This document shows, piece by piece, positions 48,956-60,382 of a stretch of DNA of 64,000 nucleotides. Location of the stretch: NCBI GenBank assembly GCA_964234715.1, contig OZ174291.1, one strand, 5' to 3'. Origin of the DNA: Podarcis melisellensis. Taxonomy: Eukaryota. The notes under the pieces were generated by a model that was given only the letters and a program-made list of their open reading frames with translations, was not told where the DNA came from and searched no databases. Position 1 is the first letter of the stretch. Every line of letters begins with the position of its first letter. The position numbers were made by a program, and so were the translations under genes.

Positions 48956-50714
48956 TATTGCAAATCCCTGGCCCTGCTTGCTGCCAGCATCACACAGTTC
49001 AATAAGGCCACCCAATGCTCGTCCACTTCCTCTGTGGCCAAGCTGCTGGCCTCAGGAGTGGGGATGACCTGCCTGCCTGCCTGCCAGCCAGAGCCTTAGT
49101 TTCCTTCTCTGGCCACACAAGCATTAACAGGCTGCTTCCTTCCTCCATTCCTCCTCACACCGAGCAGAACAATGGCTCCTGGTAGCAGCCGCTTGCGCAG
49201 CCACAGATCATTGGGGCAAGCTGCGGCTGGTGGGTCTGGGGAGGATGGCAGCTCTGCGGTGTTGTGCCATGTGGCACATCGACTGATGTGCTCTGCCTGG
49301 GGCAGCGCAACCCGCCCAGTCTCAACAGGAAGAGGCAGAAGCTGCACACGGTGAGGCTAATTGTCTCCATGGCCAGCAACGGCCTTCTTCCTTCCCGACA
49401 TCGTAATATACCACCATATCATGAAGTTTTGCTGGCAATGCATTACAATGCTGAAAAGCAGGTATTGCCCAACCCTGCCCTTGAACTCTATTAACACCCC
49501 TTGCTCGTTTGGAGCTAGCCTGCTGTACAGATGTAAAAATCTACATTTGTCACTCTGCCGCCACTCACCATGGGCTCACGAACTCCGGAAGGTTGCCCAG
49601 CCTTAAGGGAATGCAGAGCTCAGGCTGAAAATGGCTCCTCAATCCTGCCTTGGAGGAACCTCTCCTAAACCTCACCACCTTCCCCAGCTCTGCTTTGCAT
49701 CTGTGGCTCTCATCCGCTCCCTTCAGACAGGCCTCGTTTGTCACGGCTCCTCTGCTGAAACAGACAGCTTTTCTATTTACACTTTCACAGGGTGGCGGGG
49801 GGTGGGGGGACAGGACACCGTGGCCATCTGGCCTCCTGTCTGTCTGGTCTTCTTCAAAATGATGGATTGTGACGCTGCATCCCAAGTCCACCCAGGAATT
49901 CTCCAGCAGAATGACTTTTGCTTTGCTTCTATTCAAGCTCACTAACCTGCTCAGATGTTGGCAGGGAATTTAAGATTTATCCGGGGGGGGGGGGGGCATT
50001 TCAGCACTCTTTGTTAAATGAGTATTATCAGTTCACAGAAGTTAAATTCGGTCACTCTTGTCTTGCAAATTGTTACCATGAAATGGAAGGGCTTCATTAC
50101 AAATCTTGTACAGGCAACCCCCACCGCACACTGGTTTACGCATGTTCAATATGTGTGCAATTGTGAACACACGCATTGCGCCGAACCAGGAAGTGACCCA
50201 AAAATGTCACAAAAAGGAGTGGAAGGGGGTGGGGTAGGGGGCAGAACAGACTGTTTGCAAAGCTCTTCCAAGGGTGTTTCCAATATACGCCTTTCCCTTT
50301 AGCGGAACAAATCCCAAGAAAGGTTCTCTTATGATAACCTCTGGCTCGGATATCTCAGTATCTGATGGTTTGATTACATCAACCTAACGTACAATCAAAG
50401 TCATTTGTTCAATATTGCTATCAGTGCAGAATAATTTTATACCAATCTGTATAAAACTGTTCCCCCCTGAGGTCTGCACCCTTGGTGGTTGCCTAGCTGG
50501 CCTAAGGATAGCACTGGCCCTGGCTGCAGTTGAATCCTGCACTGAGCAGGGTATTGGGCTTGGTGACCTCCCAGGTCCCTTTCAACTCGTAGAATTCTTC
50601 TGCCATGTTTTTTACAGATAGATGGCCCTTCTATGGAGGTGTAGTGGCTGCGGGGAGGGTGGGGAAGAGAAACTTCAACAGCCAAATTTCTCTGCATTGC
50701 AACTCTTATAAATT

Positions 50715-50850
50715 CTCTGAATAGCTCAGTCAGTACAGCATTAGACTTGTAATCTCGGGGTTGTGGGTTCGAGCCCCACATTGGGCAAAAGATCCCTGCA
50801 TTGCAGGGGGTTGGACTAGATGACCCTTGTGGTCCCTTCTACGAGCCTCT
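50715..50850 (+). mobile_element. tRNA-Lys-derived SINE with CR1-like tail
   Basis: tagctcagtcagtacagca...ggttcgagccccacattgggc (A/B boxes, tRNA-Lys like) followed by gggttggactagatgacc. Confidence 0.8.
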
Positions 50851-51263
50851 GTCATAGTAACTCAAGCAAAGTGGAGGAACAGCAACGGCAGAGGCCAGCA
50901 CCATCTGCACAGCAGACGGGGGAGCCTTTGGTCTTCCTGATGTGGCTGAACTACAACTCCCATGATCCCTGGCCATTGGGGATGCTTGCTGGGGCTGTTG
51001 GGAACTGTAATTTGGCAATGTCTGGAGAGTCAAATGTGCCCCACTCTTAAGGTAAAATGGTCAGGAGCCACTTATGTACCTGGGCAGCTGACATCATTTG
51101 TTCCCAGGGACCGTTCCCACTAAATCAGGGTTGGGAAACCTTTTATTTACTGGGGGTTGCATTCCCTTCTGCACAAACTTGGGGGGGGGAGTGCATACCA
51201 GCAGAGGGTGTGGCCAGATTCCAAAGTGGGTGGAGCCACAGGTGGAACTCTTACCTTTGAATA

Positions 51264-51490
51264 CAGTGGTACCTCGCAAGACGAATGCCTCGTAAGACGA
51301 AAAACTCGCAAGACGAAAGAGTTTTTTCATTTTTTGAGTTGCTTCGCAAGACGAATTTCCCTATGGGCTTGCTTCGCAAGACAAAAACGTCTTGCAAGTT
51401 TGATTTTCAATGCATTCCAATGGGAATCCGTGCTTCGCAAGACGAAAAAACTCGCAGAATGAATTAATTTCGTCTTGCGAGGTACCACTG
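51264..51490. mobile_element. pogo/Tigger-like MITE with internal cgcaagacgaa repeats
   Basis: TIR cagtggtacctcgcaagacgaa / ttcgtcttgcgaggtaccactg, TA TSD. Confidence 0.9.
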
Positions 51491-52719
51491 TAGTAGGCTA
51501 CATTCCAACCATGAAAAGTCAGAGGTATCCATACACAATTAGACAAACACAAACCATCTTTCTTCCAAAGAAGCAAGTGACATTGTCACAAAAGCACTAG
51601 TGGAAGATGTGGCCTGGGAGAGTATTGAGAGACCTGTAGGGTAGCATTAGGCCACCTGGGCTTCAAATTCCCCACTCCTGCCTTATTTGTTTTTTCATTT
51701 ATGGAATACAAGGTGTGAATTTAACAAAATATACCCGGCATCAAGTCTTTGGGCTGTTCTGCTTGCCAAGATGCAGCCGTGGGATGGTGCCCACAAATCT
51801 GCAGCCCTGCACTAAGGAGATGTATCCATCAACGGCAGCTGTTTCCCCTAGGACAGGTAGAACCCATTAAGGCTGGCACCAGGAGCAAGTGAGCGGATCT
51901 CAGGTTGTGGTGTGTGAGTTGGCAGGTGGCCTTCAGCACCGAACGCCGCTCACCCTGGGAGAAAATTACTTCTCTTCTCTGTGCTAAGTGGTTTTCCAAG
52001 GAGAGAAAAATCTAAAAGCAGCCCATCAGTTTCCCAAAGGACCAATAAGAAAGCATCGCACAAGTTTATGCGGACTTCATTCCTTACCTCCCAAAAAAGA
52101 ATGAACCAAACAACTGAAGTTTTGTTTTCTTTAACAGCACCTCTGAATCTGTGGCACTTGCTCTCCAGCTCAGAGACAGGCAACCAGTCCCCCCCTCCAC
52201 AAAGCAGATATTAAAGGGACTACTGTATTTTTTAATCCAAGGTGTGGCCACAATCTTGCAGTTATATTTGCAAGCAAAGGACCAAGTTTTCAAGTACAGT
52301 ACAACCTTTTAGTTCCTGAAATTCATTCCGATTGTGCAGATCACGGATAGAACTCCAAAGGGTGTGTTGTTAGTGTGTGAAAATAGGCAAGACCCAAAGA
52401 CCCCAGGCATGCACCTCCAGATGGTGATGTTAAACGCCATCCTGATGCCTGGGCATCTTCACTTGGTCGCAGGTGGCTGATAGCCAGGTGCAAAATGCGC
52501 CTGGCGAATTTTGAAAGCTGCTGCAGAACACTGTGGTGGTTAGATACTCTAACCACTACACCACATTTTCCGACACCTTAGGAATAAGAGAAGCTGCCTT
52601 GCCCAGAGCCAGATGACTGGTCCACCAAGCTCAGCACTGTCTACACCATGGGGAGGGAGGGAAACCTTGGGGCTGGGAGGCAAATGCGGACCTCAAGGCC
52701 TTTCTATCTGGCCCTCAGG

Positions 52720-52767
<48 letters not shown>
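52720..52767. repeat. (AAT)n microsatellite
   Basis: direct read. Confidence 0.95.
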
Positions 52768-52770
<3 letters not shown>

Positions 52771-53049
52771 TATTTATTATTTATTATTTATTATTTATAC
52801 CCCACCCATCTGGCTGGGCTTCCCCAGCCACTCTGGGCAGCTTCCAAAAAAAATACTGTAATACATCAAACATGCTCCCTCCTCAGCCATATATCTTTCA
52901 CTCACAGAATATCTATAAGCATTCCAAGGCTCTACAGGTTAAACTCTCAAGTGGTCCTGTTTTGCACCTTCCTTGAGTGTTTTGACCTGGCTGGGATCCG
53001 CCCTTGGACTCTGATAAGGCTTCTTGCTTGTCTGAATGGAGGACTGAGG

Positions 53050-53480
53050 GGCGTACAATTCAAAGTGCTGGGTTTGACCTATAAAGCCTTAAACGGCTCA
53101 GGACCGCAATACCTCAAGGACCGCCACTTTCCATATGAACCTACCCGGACCCTGGGATCATCTTCTGAGGCCCTCCTTCATGTGCCCCCTCCTTGAGAGG
53201 TTCAGAGGGTGTCAACACGAGAACGGGCCTTCTCTGCAGTGGCTCCTCCCCAGGGAAGTTCACCTGGTGCCTCCATTATACACCTTTAGGTGCAAGGCAA
53301 AAAGTTCCTTTGTCATCAGGCCTTTGGTTGAATTACCTCCTATGCCCTTTTAAAATGTGTTTTTTTGGGGGGGCAGGAGCTATTGGGTTGTTGTTTTTAT
53401 TTTTATTATGTATTTTGTGGTTTTATATCTTGATTTTGTGGTTTTATATCTTGATTTTGTGGTTTTATATCTTGATTTAT
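53050..53480 (+). mobile_element. L2-clade LINE 3' end
   Basis: FKVLGLTYKALNGSGPQYLKD...RTLGSS. Confidence 0.8.
53412..53474. repeat. 21-bp minisatellite x3 (attttgtggttttatatcttg)
   Basis: direct read. Confidence 0.9.
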
Positions 53481-53936
53481 AGGGCGGTATATAAATTCAA
53501 ATAATAATAATAATAATAGTGTGTAGAAACTAGCCAATGGAACCAAGGAAAAAATAACACTGCCTCTATCCCCTCCCACCACCGGCATGTGAGCCCCAGA
53601 AAGTTGTCCAGAAGGGAATGTAGTCTACACTGCCTGGCAATGCAGATTTCGAATAGACTACTTCCTACTCCTGCCAAGAGTTGGCAGGAATTGAACCAGG
53701 GAACTTCTGTATGCCAAGCAAGGCGTCTATCACCATGCTATGGCCCTTCCACTTCTTGCAAAAACCCTCTGCCCCGCCAACAGGAAACCCCCACCTGGAG
53801 CCAGCACTGTTCATTTGACTCTACACTGACTGGTAAGGATTGAACCCCTCTGAAAGCAAAGCAGCTCCTCCCATGAGTTTCAGGATGGAAGGGTGGAAAT
53901 CTTGAACTAACCGGACAAATCCATGCATAACATGTA

Positions 53937-54151
53937 CAGTGGTACCTCGGGTTACAAACACTTCAGGTTACAAACTCTGCTAACCCAGAAGTAGTTGCTC
54001 CGGGTTGCGAACTTTGCCCCAGGATGAGAACGGAAATTGAGCAGTGGTGGCGGGAGGCTCCATTAGTGAAGGCGCGCCTCAGGATAAGAACGGTTCCGGG
54101 TTAAGAACGGATCTCTGGAGCGAATTTAGTTCGTAACCTGAGGTACCACTG
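53937..54151 (+). mobile_element. pogo/Tigger-like MITE
   Basis: TA|cagtggtacctcggg...gaggtaccactg|TA. Confidence 0.88.
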
Positions 54152-54909
54152 TACTCTAGCATTGTGCTATGACCCTGCCCAGCCACACACGCAGCAATGA
54201 TGAGTGAGCCATTCTCGCTCCTGGCCTGCCCCACTCTGCAGGGCTGTTGTAATAATTCTTTAATAAAAGGAAAGCATTGTTTTGTATCCACCTCATCCAA
54301 GTTTAAGGCACAGCTGCCAGACCCCCACTTACACAGAAAGTCAGCCTGGTTCTGCCAATCTGAATGCCACGCTGTCCGAGTATTCAGCTCCCCACGGCTG
54401 CGTGTCTGTTCGAGAGCTTGTTCTTTATACAAGGACCTGTAACACACAAACACAGAGAAGAGAAATGTTTAGCCTCTTTACTTGATTATTAACCTGCACC
54501 ATTCTCAAGGCCCGGAAATAGGCAACAACGCACTTTAAACACAATGTGTACAATGCTCAAATTCGTTTGCTTCACAACAGTTGTTGTCTGCAAGCCCCTT
54601 CCTTCACTCACTGAACGGTGGATGTCACAGAACATCCACAAACATTGTAAGTCTTCATGGGGAAGATGTCAGCAAAAGAATGTTAACAAACAGTATTGCT
54701 TCTGTGTGGCCAAGTGAAAGGTCAGCTGCCCACAAAAGGATTTGTTTTGGGGCAGGAAAAGAGAAGTCAGGCCTGTCTACTCAGAAGTAAGTCCTACTGA
54801 GTTCAATAGAACTTACTCCCATGTATAGCACTGCAACCTTGGAGCTTAAGAGAATGGAGGTCAGGAAACCAAGGAGATAATGTTGCTGTGTAAGAAAGTA
54901 AATTTCATA

Positions 54910-55130
54910 TTGGAGTACTGTGTCCAGTTCTGGTTAGCAAATCTGAAGGAGGACCACCACAAACTAGATTGTGTCCAGAGGATGATGACATGGATGGCAA
55001 GGAGTCTGAAAATATGGCCCTAATAGTTAAAATGTATTGGTACGTTTAGCCTGGGGAAGAGAAGATTAGGCCTAGGGGTAGGCGATAGCTGTCATCAAAT
55101 ATCTGAAGGGCTGTCACACAAATGGTGGAG
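54910..55130 (+). mobile_element. CR1 LINE ORF2 fragment
   Basis: ttggagtactgtgtccagttctgg (LEYCVQFW) then VQR and FSLGKRR-like motifs. Confidence 0.8.
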
Positions 55131-57250
55131 CAAACAGTGCCCTTCCTGCTCTAAAATTCACCCGTCCTGAACTGATCCAACCAAATATTTAGCTGCAGAT
55201 TTGCAGAATATATTGATTATAAACAGAGACAAATAGGCTGTGTAGACATTGTGAGCTTAAACGCAGCTAGGTTCCTTTTCTCAGTTTGGATCTAATCTCA
55301 TTTGGGGTGGAAATGCATCAAACTGCAAGTATTCCATTAAAAAACAGCAGGATAAATATGGATTGTCGCTAACCCCCTGGGTCCGCTGCTTCCCAAACCA
55401 GCAGTGGAAGCACACTGGGAGCAGAGAAAACAAAGAGTCTGTACACACATGCCAGGAAGGCAGCCGTTATATACCGGTACACAAGAGCCATGTAAGAGGA
55501 AGAGAGCCATTAAAATATTACAAGTGGATTAAGCAGCATCATAACTTGCATTGTATGAGGAGTAACTTCCTCCCTGCGGCTGGGCAGGGCCCACAGGTAA
55601 GCAAGGCTGCAAGCAAGACAGGGCAGGGTGCCTTTTTTACATAAATGATGGGAGGAGGGCTCAGCTACACTTACAGTTGTCCCATGCCTAGAAAGCCCAG
55701 TCAGAATGATTTTATGCTTTCTAGGCAAGCGTCTGAGCAGTTTTTCCCTTTGACCTGCTGTTTCACCCCCAGAAAACCCGCTCTTTCGTGATAAATTGGA
55801 ACAAACAGCAGTCCATGGAAAACCCAGCATTAAACTGCGGGTTTCCCCGGAAGAAAGTGGCTGGGCAAATGGAAGTTTGAGTGAGCCCAGAGTATGATCT
55901 GGGTTCAGCTGTTCTGGGAAGCTGCTTCTGGGAAGCAATCACAAGACAAATAGATCCCCCTGATTCTGCTTTCGCTGTCTGAAGTATCACAGATAATCCG
56001 GCAGTGCCAATAGCTGATGCTGTTGTTGCTGCAGCTCAGAGGGAGAGAGCATCCCAATGGGAAATTGCAGGTGGTCTCTCCACAGAGAGGTGGCGGGACA
56101 TGGCTTGATATCAGAGAAACCAACACGGCACAGTACAGTTGTACACGGCTGGCTCTTCCACGACAAAATTGATTCTGTTTGGTATCTTCTGCATTTAAAA
56201 TGCCAACAGATCTTTACCCTCACCCCAAACCCTGACTCAAATCTGCTTTGGCAAAGCTCAGCAATAGACCTGGGATAACTCGGTTGGTAAAGCACGAGAC
56301 TCTTAATCTCAATCTTAATCTCCCAAAAAACAATAAAATGTAGATAGGAATAAAATACCCAGAGGGCAGGGCAGGGCAGAGAGCATGGATTTATCAGATC
56401 TTTTTATTTGAGTCCCAAGATCTACCAACCACTCTTCCTTCCTTCTTATAGCTACTACAAACTGCAGACCAGGGTTTCCATCAGCCCCATAATTTTTTCA
56501 TTCTCCTGCTGCCTCTTCCAGGTTTGGTTTCATTGCTCAACCAACCAACTTGAAGATGAGTTCCAATTAATCAAAACCTTGCATACATCCTTTGCAACTG
56601 CCTAATGAAATAACCGTGTTGCCTAAAAAACAAAAGACCCATTGCCACCCCAACAAAGCCAGCGCCTTCCTTCCCCAGAAATATCTGACAATCAGAAGGT
56701 TTGGCTGCAAAGGATACACTGGGGCTGCCAGTCAGCAAACCAACAAGCAGTGTCCACCCCTCTGGAAAATGGAGATCTGGGTCACAGCCCCGATGACTCA
56801 GACTCCCTGTGGCAGTTGTGGTGCCAAATCCAGGTCAAGCAGCCAAACCAGGTCACTTGGCTTGCCCTGCCTTCTTATCTTCTGGGGGCTCATGTGCCCG
56901 CCACCTCTGCTCCAGGCAAGAAAGAAATCAACACAGAACAGACGGCAGATGCAGCCTTTTGGAAAAGTGACAGGCGGCAAATGTACAGCTGAGGCCCGAA
57001 ACTGCCGCCGGGGAGTCCGGAGGAAAGTTTTAAGCTGCGATGAAAATGCAACCTTTGCACAAAGGCCTGGTACGAAAACGCAGGCGTGCCCACAAGTATT
57101 TACAAAACCATTTGCTATCTTCCCATTTTGCATGTAGACAGAACCCTGCCCTGTTGCAGAGAACATTTACTGAATTCATCGCAATACTAGAATTTGGGGA
57201 CATCCCATGAAGCTAAATAGCGAAAGATTCGGAACAGACAACAGAAGGTA

Positions 57251-57499
57251 CCGTATTTTTGGTCTATAAGACTCACTTTTTCCCTCCTAAAAAGTAAGGG
57301 GAAATCTGTGTGCATCTTATGGAGTGAATGCAGGCTGCGCAGCTATCCCAGAAGCCAGAACAGCAAGAGGGATCGCTGCGCAGCGATCCCTCTTGTTGTT
57401 CTGGCTTCTGAGATTCAGAATATTTTTTTTCTTGTTTTCCTCCTCCAAGAACTAGGTGCGCCTTATGGTCTGGTGCGTCTTATAGAGTGAAAAATACGG
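57251..57499. mobile_element. Tc1/mariner-superfamily MITE (CCGTATTTTT TIR, TA TSD) inserted into a CR1 fragment
   Basis: TA|ccgtattttt...aaaaatacgg|TA. Confidence 0.85.
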
Positions 57500-59050
57500 T
57501 AGTTCTTCACACACAGAGTTTAAACTGCAGCATTCCCTCCCCTAAGACACAGTGACGGTCAAAACTATCCTGCAAAAACAGGATGATGTTTAGGGTTCAA
57601 GGGTGCCTAAAAGTAAGCTCTTTGCCTGCAAGATGACCCCAGGTTCTATCCCTGGTATCTCCAGGTAGGGCAGAGGAAGAAACCACCTGGGGTTGTGGCC
57701 AATAAGTTCTACTCAGAGTAGACCCACTGAAATCAATAGGCCTAAATTAGTCAAATAGAACTATCATTGGCTACAGCCCCTCACCTCAAGCTCTAGGGAG
57801 ATGCTGGGCTAGAAAGACCAATGAGCTGACTTATTAGAAATCTTAAAACAGTGCAGCCGATGACCAAGACTCAAAATCGCCACATTTTTAAAATCCATTT
57901 GTTCCAAGGCCTCAACTAGGGTCCAAGTCCCTGGAGTCTTGTTATCAGTAGCTAGGCTAAATCCTGGAGTATGAATAACATCTTAGGAACTGTACTGATG
58001 AAGGGCAGTTTAAAAATATTTTTTTTAATTAATAAATAAGAAAGCTACCTCTGAGCATGGGCAGAATTTCTTTCCTCCACCCCCCGTCAACCCCAAGCAG
58101 TCCCTTCCCTCAGCACACATTTTTGAGTTCAGGGGCAGCCTGCTTCAGATAACACGCTTAGGCAGGCTTTTCAGTTTAAGGATTAAGTCCACGATCCATT
58201 ACCTAAACACACATGCACAAATCTGATTTCCTCCTTCCCACTTCACTTGTTCCAGCTAATTCACAAAGTAGATTTTTTTAAAATAAATAAATAAATGCTT
58301 AAAAAAAAAAAAAGCGCACCGGCACATTTTTAGCATGTTCACCTTGAGATTTTATCACTAAGGGCTTTAAAAAAGGAGGTGAGGACTTCCCTTTTCCAAA
58401 CTGTTCCCATCCTCTAGACTCCAACTGCAGGTCCAGTTTGGCTGCTCGCTCCCCACCCACCCCACCAAAAAAAAAAAAAAGAAACCTTCAGAGGGCAAGA
58501 GAGAAAGCTAGTCAACAGTCAAAGCATCCAATTTTGCATTTTACACTGAGAATTTGGGGAGGAAAATTCAGAGTGGGAGAAGCAGAGGCAGGAAATCAAC
58601 AAATGTGTTCAAAAGTTTAAATACTAATTTCTTTGCTTTATGTTACCCGATCAACAATTACTCTTTCCAGAATTACCAGAAAGCAATTGGTTTGTGATGC
58701 CTTCCCTGGATTTCAGGTTTAGCTAGCTGCCTTATTGGGAGGGGGGAGGGGGGAGGAAAACATTAATGTAACCTTCCACACCTCTGGCAATAAGAAATGA
58801 GATTTCCCGATACCAGCCGCTATTGTGCCCTGGCTATCAGTACCATCCCAACACCAAACCTAGGAGCATCAGAGTGGCTAATCCGCAGATTACGTGGGCC
58901 AATTGACTAGTTTATTCTTAGCTTTGGACTGCCAAAGGGAGCTTATACTCTTAAGGACTCCAGCTATGGACCTGTACACTGCCTGTGTTTTTTCAACAAC
59001 AACGAAAAGGACTCCTCCCCACCCAACAACAATGAGGACTAGAATTCTTT

Positions 59051-59220
59051 CTTCTAGTAGCACCTTAAAGACCAACTAAGTTAGTTCTTGGTATGAGCTT
59101 TCGTGTGCATGCACACGAAAGCTCATACCAAGAACTAACTTAGTTGGTCTTTAAGGTGCTACTAGAAGGAAAATGTTTTTTGTTTTGACTATGGCAGACC
59201 AACACGGCTACCTATCTGTA
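59051..59220. mobile_element. Penelope-like element terminus in inverted (fold-back) arrangement
   Basis: 118-bp palindrome plus agaccaacacggctac tail; 14-bp flanking direct repeat actagaattctttc (59038, 59221). Confidence 0.7.
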
Positions 59221-60382
59221 ACTAGAATTCTTTCGTTTGTTAAAACAAATAAAAAATAGGGATTTTGATTTCACAGGCAGTCAGATTCTATATAGAATGG
59301 AAAACCTTTATTTAACTTAGGGCTCGCAATGCACACCTTGCTTTTAAAATGTGGGGGGTTCTTCTCACACCAACACCTGCCCCCCCCTCCAAAGTAGGCT
59401 TTTTTAAAAAAAATCTGGGGGCAGGCTCCTGAGTGCCAGCCCAGAGCTTCTTTTTCAAGGTCTGGAACACAGCAGGGGAGAGAGTCTCCTGAACATGTGC
59501 AGAGTGTCCACCATCAACACTTAAGTGAGCATTTTAGGGGGAGTAAAGTTACCAGGCCAAAGCGTACGGCTTTCAAAGGAAGGCTTAAGTTCCAGCACTC
59601 CTTTTTGCATAAAATGTGCACTAATTGAAGCCTCATTTGATATTTTGCATAAAAGCTAAAAGCAGCACATATGTCGCCACCCCAGCAGAGCGGGATTTAT
59701 TAGCTGTGTCCAAACAAATATGGGGATTTCTGCCAATATTCTTCATTGCTGCCCCCCCCCCATCACCCTGAAAAACCCTTCTCCTTGCACTGCTAATACC
59801 ATGAAGACTTAATCCAGACACTGATTGGATTGAGAGCCAACAGCAGAAGGGGCCTAAACAGGCACATGAGCCAAGAAAGCAGGACATGTTTGCACCGCAA
59901 GCGTGAACTCTGAACTCTGCAATCGTTTGCGCTCCCCACTCCAGCAACCTCCAAAAACAAACCCAATTTGAACGGTGCTGCTGGCGTATATAAAATGAAA
60001 TTCTTCCCCACAACGTCATATATACAACCTTTAATGCAAAAGAGAACATCAAATCAAAGTGTCAACCTTTGTCAGGAGTATCCAGCTCTCCATTGCCAAA
60101 AATTCCCTGAATATTACCCCCCAAAAGAGGGGAAATAGCACTCAGCCTCAGAACACCTGGAAAGGCGAAGATTCAAACCCTCACTTGAGGTAAGGGGAAA
60201 TGGGTAACAGCCTAGTTTGTGCCATAGAAACACAACACTACAAATCTAGGCCTGAAGGAATACTAAGATGGGCTCGCCGTGCCACGTGTCAGCCCATATT
60301 CCCCAAAAAGACATGGCGCAAATGTCTGAACGACTGTGGCAGTTCAAAAAAGCCTTTAGGGAAGAATGGCCGGCTATAGATA

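Noticed and set aside
50715-50790. tRNA-Lys gene
   Set aside because: Mutated stems and anticodon, fused to a CR1-like tail with no Pol III terminator; it is a SINE head
51264-51490. CRISPR-like short repeats
   Set aside because: Irregular spacing, both orientations, bounded by TIRs and TA; vertebrate MITE
52648-53196. 182-aa ORF with poly-Ile
   Set aside because: Made of the (AAT)n microsatellite joined to L2 fragments
56592-57166. Cluster of overlapping 116-181 aa ORFs
   Set aside because: No domain, splice structure or codon signal I can recognise
59984-59996. TATATAAA box as a promoter
   Set aside because: Isolated motif with no CpG island or downstream exon evidence
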